This document shows positions 31,607-41,367 of a DNA stretch of 63,452 nt, in pieces. Under the pieces are notes generated by a model that did not search any database, was not told the DNA's origin, and saw only the letters and a list, made by a program, of their open reading frames with translations. The position numbers were made by a program, and so were the translations under genes. The first letter of the stretch is position 1. The number at the start of each line of letters is the position of its first letter. This DNA is from Sinomonas sp. (lineage in GTDB: Bacteria; Actinomycetota; Actinomycetes; Actinomycetales; Micrococcaceae), in assembly GCF_051955515.1 (NCBI RefSeq), contig NZ_JBQCGQ010000291.1, positions 1 through 63,452 of the forward strand, given 5' to 3'.

Positions 31607-34600
31607 TTGCATCTCAAGACCCTGACCATCCGAGGCTTCAAGTCGTTTGCCTCGGCCACGACGTTCGAATTCGAACCGGGCGTGACCGCAGTTGTCGGTC
31701 CGAACGGTTCGGGGAAGTCGAACGTCGTCGACGCGCTGGCGTGGGTCATGGGGGAGCAGGGCGCCAAGACGCTGCGGGGCGGGAAGATGGAGGACGTCAT
31801 CTTCGCGGGAACCGCGGGACGCCCGCCGCTCGGCCGCGCCCAGGTCTCGCTCACGATCGACAACGCCGACGGGGCTTTGCCCATCGAGTACAGCGAAGTC
31901 ACGATCTCCCGGACGCTTTTCCGCACGGGCGGGTCGGAGTACGCGATCAACGGCGAGGCCTGCCGCCTCCTCGACATCCAGGAACTCCTCAGTGATTCGG
32001 GCCTCGGACGTGAGATGCACGTGATCGTGGGGCAGGGCCAGTTGGATCGCGTCCTGCACGCGACCCCCGAGGACCGGCGCGGCTTCATCGAGGAGGCCGC
32101 CGGGATCCTCAAGCACCGCCGGCGCAAGGAACGCACGGTGCGCAAGCTCGACGCGATGCAGGGCAACCTCCAGCGGCTTGCCGACCTCACGGGGGAGATC
32201 CGGCGCCAGCTCGGCCCTCTGGGGCGTCAGGCTCAGGTGGCACGGAGGGCCCAGACGATCCAGGCAGACGTGCGCGACGCCCGCGCGAGGCTGTTGGCGG
32301 ACGATGTGGTGCGCCTGAGGGAATCACTGGAGAAGGACCGCGCGGACCAGTCGGCCCTCATAGAACGTCGTGCTCAGGTCGAGCGGGACCTCGAGGCCGC
32401 GCGCCGCGAACAGGCGGACGCGGAGCGCGCTGCGGCGGTGGCGACGCCGCGCCTCAACGCTGCGCGCGACCTCTGGTATCGGCTCTCGTCGGGGCGGGAG
32501 CGGCTTCGATCCCTCGCCAAGGTCGCCGAGGAACGGCGCCGGCTTCTCGGAACGAATGAGCCCGAGCACTCGGGGCGGGACCCGGAGCGGCTCGAACGCC
32601 AGGCAGCGGAGGCTCGCGTGGAGCTCGCGGTGCTGGCCGAAGCCATCGACGTGCGCGCCGAGACCCTCGAAGCGGCGTCGGAGGCTCGCGCGGAGGCCGA
32701 GGCCGAGGCCGCAGAGGAGGACCGGCGCCACACCGCGAGGCTCAGGGCCCTGGCCGACCGCAGGGAGGGCTTGGCCCGACTCGCGGGCGCGGTGGCGGCG
32801 GCGCGTAGCCGCGTCGAAGCGGCGGAGGGCGAGATCGGCCGGCTCCGCTCGTCACTGGGCTCGGCGAGCCAGCGCCGTCGGGACGCCGAGCTCGAATTCA
32901 CGGCCCTCGAATCCCAGGTTGCCGGGGTAGAGGAGGGCGAGGAAGGACTCGACGCCGAGTACGAGGACGCCGCGGCACGTCAGGAAGCAGCGGAGGCCGC
33001 GCTGGCCGAGATCGAGGAGCGCCGACGGGACGCCGACGGGGCACGCCGCTCCCTCGAGGCGCGGCTCGAGGTGCTGCAGGCGGGGCTGAGGGGGCGGGAC
33101 GGCAGCGGGGTCATCGCGGCCTCGGGCGACGGTGTTCTCGGGCCCGTCGCGTCCCTCGTCAAGGCCGAGCCCGGATTCGAGGCCGCCTTGGCGGCAGCCT
33201 TGGGCGCGGCCGCGGAGGGCCTCGTGATGGACGGCGCCGAGGCAGCCCACCGGGCGCTCGCTCGGCTGAGAGAGGACGACGGCGGCCAGGCCGCGCTGCT
33301 CGTGTCGGGCGCCCCCATGCCCGAACACGATGAGTCCCCGCGGCCCGCGCTCCCGGAGAATGCCCGCTGGCTGACCGCGGTGGTGACTCCGGACGCGCGG
33401 GTGCGCTCCGCCGTCGTCCGCCTCCTCGATTGCGTCGTCGCGGCGACGGACACCTCGCAGGCGGCCGCCATCCTCGCCGAGCAGCCCGATCTCACGGTGG
33501 TGACGCGGCAGGGGGATGTGCTCACCTCCGCCGTGGTGAGGGGCGGATCGGCGGGTGCGCCGTCCACCCTCGAGCTGCAGGCGCAGGCCGAGGATGCGGA
33601 GGCCGAGCTCGCCTCCGCCCAGGCGGAGTACGAGCGCTCGGGCTTCGAGCTCGCTGGCGCCCGCGACCTCGTGCGTGAGGCCGCCGAGCGGGCCGATGCG
33701 GCCCTCGCCGCACTCCACGACTCGGACGCGAAGTTCGCGGCGGTCGCCGAACGCCTCGCCGCCTTGGGAGCGCAGCTGCGCGGTGCGACCGCCGAGGACG
33801 AGCGGCTCCGGGCCTCGCTCACAGCCGCCGAGTCGCAGCTCGAGTCCGAGCAGGAAGCCCTCGCGACCGCCGTCGAGCGGCTGGAGGCGGCCGAGGAGAC
33901 GGCAGCGGGAGTTGAAGAGGACGACGACGACGCCACCTCCTCAGGCGATCGGGAGCGCTTGGCCCAGCGTGCGACGGCGGCGCGTGCGGCTGAGCTCGAG
34001 GCGCGCCTCGCACTCCGGAGCGCAGAGGAGCAGCACCGGGCGCTTGAGGCACGGGCAGAATCCCTTGAACGCGCCGCGGAGGGCGAACGGCGCGCGGCGG
34101 CGGCGGCCCAGCGTCGCGCGCGCGAGCGTGCGGCCAAGGCCGCACGCGCCGCGGAAGTGGCCCGTGCGGCGCACGCCGGCGTGGAGGCGATGGACCGGGC
34201 TGTCGAGGAGGCCGCCGAAGAGCGCGATGCGGCGGAGGAGCGGCGGGCCGAACTCGACGAGAGGCTCACGGGTCTGCGCTCGATGACGGACGCCCTCGCC
34301 AAGGAACTCGCCGAGCTGGGCAACGCGGCGCATCGCGACGAACTTGCCCGCGCCGAGCTCGGCCTTCGCCTCGAGGCCCTTGAGGACCGCGCCATCGAGG
34401 AGCTCGGGGTCTCCGCCCAGCAGCTCGTCGACGAGTTCGGCCCGCACCTGCCGGTCCCGATCCCCGAGTCCCAGGCGGCGGGCGGCGACAAGTGGGCTGC
34501 CCTCCGAGTCGAGGTCGACGAGGCGGGGGAGCCGGTCGGCGGGGCGCCCTACGTGCGGGCCGAACAGGAGAAGCGGCTCAAGAAGGCCGAACGGGACCTC

Positions 34601-35218
34601 GCGTCGCTCGGCAAGGTCAATCCGCTGGCTCTCGAGGAGTTCGCGGCGCTCGAGGAACGGCACAGGTTCCTCAACGAGCAGCTTGAGGACCTCAAGGCGA
34701 GCCGACGCGACCTCCTCGCCATCATCAAGGACGTCGACGACCGCGTGCAGCGGGTCTTCGCCGAGGCATTCGCGGATACCGCGGTCCAGTTCGAGCGGGT
34801 CTTCGGACGGCTCTTCCCGGGCGGCGAGGGACGTCTGGTGCTCACCGAGCCCGAGGACATGCTGACCACCGGGATCGAGGTCGAGGCGAGGCCAGCGGGC
34901 AAGAAGATCAAGCGGCTCTCGCTGCTCTCCGGCGGCGAGCGCTCGCTCACCGCGGTCGCGCTGCTCGTGGCCATCTTCAAGGCCAGGCCGTCGCCGTTCT
35001 ACGTGATGGACGAGGTCGAGGCCGCTCTCGACGACACGAATCTGGGGCGCCTCATCACGATCTTCGAGGAGCTGCGGGAGTCCAGCCAGCTCATCGTCAT
35101 CACCCATCAGAAGCGCACGATGGAAGTCGCCGATGCCCTCTACGGCGTGTCGATGCGGGGCGACGGGGTCTCGACCGTCATCAGCCAGAAGCTCGAACGC
35201 GTCGAAAGCCTGTCATGA
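31607..35218 (+). CDS. smc: chromosome segregation protein SMC
   Basis: GFKSFA, GPNGSGKSN, long coiled coils, LSGGE, DEVEAALD. Confidence 0.98.
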   Translation: MHLKTLTIRGFKSFASATTFEFEPGVTAVVGPNGSGKSNVVDALAWVMGEQGAKTLRGGKMEDVIFAGTAGRPPLGRAQVSLTIDNADGALPIEYSEVTISRTLFRTGGSEYAINGEACRLLDIQELLSDSGLGREMHVIVGQGQLDRVLHATPEDRRGFIEEAAGILKHRRRKERTVRKLDAMQGNLQRLADLTGEIRRQLGPLGRQAQVARRAQTIQADVRDARARLLADDVVRLRESLEKDRADQSALIERRAQVERDLEAARREQADAERAAAVATPRLNAARDLWYRLSSGRERLRSLAKVAEERRRLLGTNEPEHSGRDPERLERQAAEARVELAVLAEAIDVRAETLEAASEARAEAEAEAAEEDRRHTARLRALADRREGLARLAGAVAAARSRVEAAEGEIGRLRSSLGSASQRRRDAELEFTALESQVAGVEEGEEGLDAEYEDAAARQEAAEAALAEIEERRRDADGARRSLEARLEVLQAGLRGRDGSGVIAASGDGVLGPVASLVKAEPGFEAALAAALGAAAEGLVMDGAEAAHRALARLREDDGGQAALLVSGAPMPEHDESPRPALPENARWLTAVVTPDARVRSAVVRLLDCVVAATDTSQAAAILAEQPDLTVVTRQGDVLTSAVVRGGSAGAPSTLELQAQAEDAEAELASAQAEYERSGFELAGARDLVREAAERADAALAALHDSDAKFAAVAERLAALGAQLRGATAEDERLRASLTAAESQLESEQEALATAVERLEAAEETAAGVEEDDDDATSSGDRERLAQRATAARAAELEARLALRSAEEQHRALEARAESLERAAEGERRAAAAAQRRARERAAKAARAAEVARAAHAGVEAMDRAVEEAAEERDAAEERRAELDERLTGLRSMTDALAKELAELGNAAHRDELARAELGLRLEALEDRAIEELGVSAQQLVDEFGPHLPVPIPESQAAGGDKWAALRVEVDEAGEPVGGAPYVRAEQEKRLKKAERDLASLGKVNPLALEEFAALEERHRFLNEQLEDLKASRRDLLAIIKDVDDRVQRVFAEAFADTAVQFERVFGRLFPGGEGRLVLTEPEDMLTTGIEVEARPAGKKIKRLSLLSGGERSLTAVALLVAIFKARPSPFYVMDEVEAALDDTNLGRLITIFEELRESSQLIVITHQKRTMEVADALYGVSMRGDGVSTVISQKLERVESLS

Positions 35219-35231
35219 CAGACTAGGTCTC

Positions 35232-36452
35232 GTGACAGACCTCTCCGCATTGCTGCCTTTCATCATTGCTGTGATCGTGCTCTTCGTCGTCGCCGGGTCC
35301 GTCATCGGGCTTGTCCGGGGGCGGCGCTCAAGGGTTCGCTACACGGACACGAGGGATGCCAACGATCCCGTCCTCGCGCCCAATCAACCGAATGTGGCCG
35401 GTCCCGAGACGGGCGCGCCGACCGCCGTCGCCGAACCGCCGGCGCCCACCCTCGAGGCCGAGCCGGGCGTCGAGGTCCCCGAGGCGTTCGAGGAGCCCGT
35501 CGCCGAGGCGGTGCCCACCGAGACCCCGGCCCCGGTCGCGGGCCGGCTCCAGCGGCTCCGCGAACGGCTCGCGCGCAGCAACAACGTCCTCGGCAAGGGC
35601 CTTCTCGCCCTGCTCTCGAGCGACCGCATCGACGACAACGTCTGGGATGAGGTCGAGGAGACCCTGCTGCTCGCCGACATCGGCACCGAGCCGAGCCTCG
35701 AGCTCGTCGACACCCTCAAGGACCGCGTCAAGGTCATGGGGAGCCGGAATCCCGATGAGGTCCGCGCGATGCTCCGAGACGAGCTCGTCAAGCTCGTGGA
35801 CCCGTCCCTCGACCGCTCGCTCAACGTCGATCGCAAGGCCGGCAAGCCCGCCGTCGTCCTCGTGGTCGGCGTGAACGGCGTGGGGAAGACGACCACGGTC
35901 GGCAAGCTCGCGCGTGTTCTGGTCGCCGAGGACAAGGACGTGATCCTGGGCGCCGCGGACACCTTCCGCGCGGCCGCCGCCGAGCAGCTGGCCACCTGGG
36001 GTGCGCGCGTGGGCGTCCCGACGGTGAAGTCCGACGTCGATGGCGCCGATCCTGCCTCCGTCGCCTTCGAGGCGGTCAAGGCCGGCATTGAGCAGGAGGT
36101 CGATGTGGTCATGGTCGACACCGCCGGGCGCCTGCAGAACAAGGTGGGCCTCATGGACGAGCTCGGCAAGGTCAAGCGCGTCATCGAGAAGCAGGCCGAG
36201 GTGGACGAGGTGCTCCTGGTCCTCGATGCCACGACCGGGCAGAACGGCCTGAACCAGGCCAAGGTCTTCTCCGAGGTCGTCGACATCACCGGGATCGTCC
36301 TGACCAAGCTGGATGGCACCGCGAAGGGCGGCATCGTCGTCGCGATCCAGAAGCAGCTCGGGGTGCCGGTCAAGCTCGTGGGCCTCGGCGAGGGCCCGGA
36401 CGACCTCGCGCCCTTCGACGTGGAGGGCTTCGTCGACGCGATCCTCGCCTGA
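35232..36452 (+). CDS. ftsY: SRP receptor FtsY with N-terminal membrane anchor
   Basis: GVNGVGKTT, DTFRAAA, DTAGR, TKLDGTAKGG. Confidence 0.97.
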   Translation: MTDLSALLPFIIAVIVLFVVAGSVIGLVRGRRSRVRYTDTRDANDPVLAPNQPNVAGPETGAPTAVAEPPAPTLEAEPGVEVPEAFEEPVAEAVPTETPAPVAGRLQRLRERLARSNNVLGKGLLALLSSDRIDDNVWDEVEETLLLADIGTEPSLELVDTLKDRVKVMGSRNPDEVRAMLRDELVKLVDPSLDRSLNVDRKAGKPAVVLVVGVNGVGKTTTVGKLARVLVAEDKDVILGAADTFRAAAAEQLATWGARVGVPTVKSDVDGADPASVAFEAVKAGIEQEVDVVMVDTAGRLQNKVGLMDELGKVKRVIEKQAEVDEVLLVLDATTGQNGLNQAKVFSEVVDITGIVLTKLDGTAKGGIVVAIQKQLGVPVKLVGLGEGPDDLAPFDVEGFVDAILA

Positions 36453-36550
36453 CGGCATTCCCCGCCTCGTGGTCTTGACTCGATCGGGGAGAGGGCGCAC
36501 TGTGTTGGCGCTGGGTGTTTCATTGCGGTCTCCACACCGTGGGAGTTCCA

Positions 36551-39500
36551 GTGCGCCCCGTCCTTCGTTCCCGATTCCTCCGTGTTGCGGGCGTGCTCTT
36601 CCTGGCCGCCGGACTCGGCGTGCAAGCGCCGCCGGCCCAGGCCGTGACCAGCCCCGCCTTCGTCCAACAGGCCTCAGCCCATGCGGCGAACGTCTCATCA
36701 CTCGCCGTGACGCCGGGCTCGGCAGTGGCGGCCGGCGACAGGCTGGTGGTGGCCGTCGGTGTCTGGAACAGCTCCTCGGCGACCACTGCGAGCGTGGCTG
36801 ACTCCGCCGGGAACACCTACACCGAACTCGTCCACTTTGCGGCCTCTGACCATACCGAGCTGAGCATCTGGAGCGCGCCGATCACGGCTGGCGGGGGGAC
36901 GCGGCCAACAGTAACGGCCAAGCCGACCTCCAGCGCGGATGTTGGCCTCTCGGTCGTGGAGTACAGCGGACTGTCGACGGCGGGCGGCGTCTCGGCCATG
37001 GATGTCCACGCGCAGGGTTCGGGAACCACATCCGCAAGCGGGACGGTCGCCTCGGGAGCGACGCCGGCGACGACGGGCGACGGCGAGCTGGCCTTCGGTG
37101 CTTACGTCGACTCAGGGTTCGGCGACACCCTCGGCGGTGGGCAGGGCTTCACAGTGCGGACGAACACCTCGAAGACCTCCGATATGGAGTTCGTGGACGA
37201 GGACACCGTCGTCGGCTCGGGCGCAGCGCCGAACGCGAGCTTCACGACGGGGGCCAATACGGTGTGGCTCGCCGCGACTGTGGTCCTCAAGAACGCAGGC
37301 GCCCCCGCGCCGACCGTCCCCGGAGCACCGACAGGGGTCGCAGCGAGCCCGGGGAACGGCTCGGCGACTGTGTCCTGGACGGCGCCGTCCAACGGCGGGT
37401 CCCAGATCTCCTCGTACACCGTGACGCCGTACGTCGGCACCGCTGCCCAACCCGCCACGACGGTGACGGGGACGCCACCCGCGGCGTCCGCCACGGTGAC
37501 CGGCCTCGCGAACGGGAGCACGTACACCTTCACCGTCTCGGCGACGAACGGCGTTGGCACGGGACCCGCGTCGGCGCCGTCGAACGCCGTCGTGCCGAGC
37601 ACGAACGCGAGCGGCCAATGGGGACCGCTCCTCACCTGGCCGATCGTGGCGGTGCACTCCGTGGTGCTCAACAGCGGAAAGATCCTGCAGTGGGACGGCT
37701 GGCAGACGCCCGAACCGACCTCGCTCTACGACCCGTCGACCGGTTCGTTCACAACGATCACCGCGCCGTCGAGCATCTTCTGCTCAGGCAACGCAAAGCT
37801 CGCCGACGGCCGGGTGATCGTGGCGGGCGGCTATGGCGTGACGACCACCGGAAATCAGGGGCTGACCGACACCAACGTCTTCGATCCGAGCACCCAGGCG
37901 TGGAGCCGCTTGGCAAGCATGAATCTTCCGCGCTGGTACCCGGACCTCGTTGAACTTGCCGATGGCCGCTATGTGGCGATCAGCGGCAACTCGTCCAGCG
38001 CCTCGACCTGGGCTGACACCCCTGAGGTCTACGATCCCTCGACCAACACGTGGACGCTCCTGACGAAGATCACCACCTCCCAAGTCCACGAGGAGGAGTA
38101 TCCGTTCTCCTACCTTGCCCCCAATGGCAAGGTCTTCACCATCGGTCCCTCTGAGGATGTCTCCTATTGGCTCGACGCGGCGGCTCAGACCTGGACGTCA
38201 GTCGGCGCGAGCGGGCTGAGGAACGGTTCCTCGGTCATGTACCGGCCCGGGCAGATCCTCTACAGCGGGGGCGCTCCGAGCGTGACCTCGACGACGACGG
38301 CAGTCGCCGGCGCGGCGACCATCGACCTCACCGCCAGCACCCCCGGGTGGAAGCCCATTGCCCCCATGAACTACCCCCGCGTCTACCACACTCTCACCAC
38401 ACTCGCCGACGGGCGCGTGCTCGCCGTCGGTGGAGAACCGACCTCGGATCAGACCCAGGTCACGAGCGGCGTGCTCCCCGCCGAGATCTGGGATCCGGCA
38501 ACCGGCGCGTGGAGCGTGATCGGTCAGATCGCGGCGGCGCGGAACTACCACTCCACGGCCGTCCTCCAGCCCGACGGCACGGTGCTGATCGCGGGCGGCG
38601 GCCACGAAGACTCACTGGGCAATCCCGGGCAGTACAGCGCCCAGGTCTACTCGCCGTCGTACCTGTTTGGAGGCACCCGGCCGACGATCTCTTCCGCTCC
38701 GGCGACGATCGCGTACGGATCGAGCTTCACGATCAGCAGCCCCGACGCTGCGTCCATCAGCGCCATCAACCTCGTCTCGTTCGCAGCGGACACGCATCAG
38801 GCCGACATGGACCAGCACTTCGTCCCGCTCAGCTTCACCGCAGGCTCGGGCTCCCTGTCTGCACAGGCTCCTGTCTCGGGCGCCTCCGCGCCCCCGGGCG
38901 ACTACATGCTCTTCGTCGTCAACGGAAGCGGTGTGCCCTCCCTGGCCGCGACCGTGCACGTCGCGCCTGCGGCCACCGCTCCCGCGGCGCCCGCCGGAGT
39001 GAGCGCCTCGGCGGGAAACGCCTCGGCAAACGTCACCTGGAACGCTCCGAACAACGGCGGATCGACGATCACGTCGTACACCGTCACGCCATGGACGGGC
39101 GGGACGGCACTGGCGCCGACCACGGTGACGGGCAACCCAGCGCCCACCGGGGCAACGATCACGGGCCTCACGAACGGGGTCGCCTACACCTTCACGGTGA
39201 CGGCGACCAACGCCGTCGGGACCTCGCCCGCGTCGGCCCCCTCCAACAGCGTCACACCGAGCTCCACCGTGGTGCCAGCGTTCGTTCAGCAGGGCAGCGC
39301 CCACGTGGGCAATTCGCCCCAGACGACCGTGACGCTCGGGCGCGCCGTCACCGCGGGAGACAGGCTTGTCGTAGAAGTGGGTGTCTGGAATTCCTCGAAC
39401 GCCACGGCGAGCAGTGTCACGGACTCGGCAGGCAACGCCTACACCGAGATCACGCACTTCACCGCCTCGGATCACACGGAGATGAGCGTCTGGACGGCAC

Positions 39501-39922
39501 CGATCACGGGAGGGGGCGGCTCGACGGTCACCGTCACGGCAAAGACGACGTCCCCGGCCGATATTGGCCTCGGAGTCCTCGAATATTCGGGCCTCTCCAC
39601 CGCGACCGGAAGCGGCGCCGTGGATGTCCAGGCCCACGCTACGGGGACCACCGGAACGAAATCGACAGTCGCCTCGGGCGCCACCGCGGCAGCCAGTGCT
39701 GCCAACGAACTCGCGGTCGGGTTCTACGCCGATTCGGGTTTCGGGGACACGCTGGCGTCCGGGTCGGGGTTCACCTCTCGCATCAACGTCTCGCCCGCTC
39801 CCGATATGGAGTTCGTGGCCGAGGACCAGCTGACCGCCGTAGGGGCCGCGCCGAACGCCACCTTCTCAACCGGCGCCTCAACCGTGTGGCTCGCGGCCGT
39901 CCTCGTTCTCAAGCATTCGTGA
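36551..39922 (+). CDS. secreted galactose-oxidase-like (AA5) copper radical oxidase with two FN3 domains and a duplicated terminal domain
   Basis: Signal peptide ending AQA; FN3 repeats (SWTAP..GGS.I.SYTVT..YTFTV.ATN..G); kelch repeats with FCSG, RWYP, RNYHS, DTH; DUF1929-like PPGDYMLF. Confidence 0.85.
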   Translation: MRPVLRSRFLRVAGVLFLAAGLGVQAPPAQAVTSPAFVQQASAHAANVSSLAVTPGSAVAAGDRLVVAVGVWNSSSATTASVADSAGNTYTELVHFAASDHTELSIWSAPITAGGGTRPTVTAKPTSSADVGLSVVEYSGLSTAGGVSAMDVHAQGSGTTSASGTVASGATPATTGDGELAFGAYVDSGFGDTLGGGQGFTVRTNTSKTSDMEFVDEDTVVGSGAAPNASFTTGANTVWLAATVVLKNAGAPAPTVPGAPTGVAASPGNGSATVSWTAPSNGGSQISSYTVTPYVGTAAQPATTVTGTPPAASATVTGLANGSTYTFTVSATNGVGTGPASAPSNAVVPSTNASGQWGPLLTWPIVAVHSVVLNSGKILQWDGWQTPEPTSLYDPSTGSFTTITAPSSIFCSGNAKLADGRVIVAGGYGVTTTGNQGLTDTNVFDPSTQAWSRLASMNLPRWYPDLVELADGRYVAISGNSSSASTWADTPEVYDPSTNTWTLLTKITTSQVHEEEYPFSYLAPNGKVFTIGPSEDVSYWLDAAAQTWTSVGASGLRNGSSVMYRPGQILYSGGAPSVTSTTTAVAGAATIDLTASTPGWKPIAPMNYPRVYHTLTTLADGRVLAVGGEPTSDQTQVTSGVLPAEIWDPATGAWSVIGQIAAARNYHSTAVLQPDGTVLIAGGGHEDSLGNPGQYSAQVYSPSYLFGGTRPTISSAPATIAYGSSFTISSPDAASISAINLVSFAADTHQADMDQHFVPLSFTAGSGSLSAQAPVSGASAPPGDYMLFVVNGSGVPSLAATVHVAPAATAPAAPAGVSASAGNASANVTWNAPNNGGSTITSYTVTPWTGGTALAPTTVTGNPAPTGATITGLTNGVAYTFTVTATNAVGTSPASAPSNSVTPSSTVVPAFVQQGSAHVGNSPQTTVTLGRAVTAGDRLVVEVGVWNSSNATASSVTDSAGNAYTEITHFTASDHTEMSVWTAPITGGGGSTVTVTAKTTSPADIGLGVLEYSGLSTATGSGAVDVQAHATGTTGTKSTVASGATAAASAANELAVGFYADSGFGDTLASGSGFTSRINVSPAPDMEFVAEDQLTAVGAAPNATFSTGASTVWLAAVLVLKHS

Positions 39923-41146
39923 TGGGTCGGCTTTCCGGGCGCTGCTGCGATTCCGTCTGCCTGTCCACGCTGGCATGGCGAGCAGGAGGCACGTGCCCGA
40001 GGCAGCGAAGGCCCACACATAGCCGACGCTGTCCGCGAGAAGGCCGGCCAGCAGCGGCCCCACGATGCTTCCCACGTCGGAGACCATCTGGAAGACGGCC
40101 AGCGGAGCTCCGCCGCTCCGCTCGCGGCCTATGACGTCGGCGACCGTGGCCTGCAGCGCGGGGCTGAGGAGGCCTGAGCCGAAGCCGGCCACCACGGACA
40201 GCAGGAAGAGCACGCCGTCGCTGCCGCTCACTCCCATGAGCGCCGTTCCGACGGCGGCGATGCCGAGCCCCGCGAGCGCCAGCGGCCGCCGGCCCCACGT
40301 GTCCACGAGGCGGCCTGAGAAGGTGAGGGCCCCCGCCGTGCCGAGGGCGAAGAGGGCGAGCGCAAGGCCTGCGACGGCTGGCGCGGCGTGAAGCACGGCA
40401 GCAGCGAACAGCGGGACGAGGGCCATGCGGATGCCGAACGTGGCCCACCCGTTCGCGAAGTTGGAGACCAGGGCTGCGCGGTAGGGCGTCACGGAAAGGG
40501 CCTCGGGGAGGCGCAGAGGAGGCAGGGCGGTCCGGACCTCGGCAGTCCGACCGCGCCCGAGCATGATGCCGACGATCGATGCCGCGACCACGAGCGTGCC
40601 GGCGTACACGAGGAACGGGACTCGCAGCCCGAGGCCGGCGAGGAGGCCGCCCACCAGCGGGCCGGCAATGTTCCCCAAAAGGAACGACGACGCGTAGAGG
40701 CCGCTCACGCGCCCACGCGCCTCGGGCGGGGCGAGCCGCACGATGAGTCCCGATGCCGAGATGGTGAACATCGTGGAGCCGATTCCTGCGAGTCCGCGGA
40801 AGAGGAGGAGCTGCCAGTAGCTTCCCGCGAACGCGCACGCGCCGGTGAAGACCGCGACCGTCAGGACACCGATCACGTAGACCGGCCGTTCCCCGAGCCG
40901 GTTCACCAGGCCGCCCGCGCTCGGTGCCAGGACGAGGCGCGTCAGGGCGAACGCGCTCACGATCACCGACGCGGCAGTGGCACCGACACCGAAGCTCGCG
41001 GCGAATTGGGGCAGGACCGGGGCCACGAGACCGAAGCCGATGGCGATCGCGAAGGCTGCCGCGACGAGCACCCAGACGTCGCGCGGGATCGCGGTGCGGG
41101 GAGCAGCAGGGCGGTGGTCCGTCGCGCGGGGGAACAGGCGGGGCAT
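39878..41146 (-). CDS. MFS transporter
   Basis: About 12 hydrophobic segments; motif A-like GGLVNRLGER and GRLVDTWGRR. Confidence 0.92.
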   Translation of the reverse strand: MPRLFPRATDHRPAAPRTAIPRDVWVLVAAAFAIAIGFGLVAPVLPQFAASFGVGATAASVIVSAFALTRLVLAPSAGGLVNRLGERPVYVIGVLTVAVFTGACAFAGSYWQLLLFRGLAGIGSTMFTISASGLIVRLAPPEARGRVSGLYASSFLLGNIAGPLVGGLLAGLGLRVPFLVYAGTLVVAASIVGIMLGRGRTAEVRTALPPLRLPEALSVTPYRAALVSNFANGWATFGIRMALVPLFAAAVLHAAPAVAGLALALFALGTAGALTFSGRLVDTWGRRPLALAGLGIAAVGTALMGVSGSDGVLFLLSVVAGFGSGLLSPALQATVADVIGRERSGGAPLAVFQMVSDVGSIVGPLLAGLLADSVGYVWAFAASGTCLLLAMPAWTGRRNRSSARKADPSRMLENEDGREPHG

Positions 41147-41172
41147 GGCACAACCCTATGAAAAAGCGCTCT

Positions 41173-41279
41173 GAAACACCGCGTTAACGTCCCGGTGATC
41201 CTGCCTTAACGCGGGGGATGAAGTTGTAACAACAGGGCAATTTGGGTCGCGTGCGGCTGAAACACCGGAGGCGCAATCT
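41173..41279 (+). promoter_or_regulatory. GlnR-type box array and promoter of amt1
   Basis: 11-bp-phased GAAAC-n6-TTAAC-n6-GTGAT-n6-TTAAC, then GTAAC-n6-GCAAT, GAAAC and -10-like CAATCT. Confidence 0.75.
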
Positions 41280-41367
41280 GTTCTCAGTGGTCCGATCGGG
41301 CCGTCGAAAAGCGGCGGCGACGGGCCAGGCGATTCCGTTCTGTTCCACCCCTCGAAAGGCAATCACC

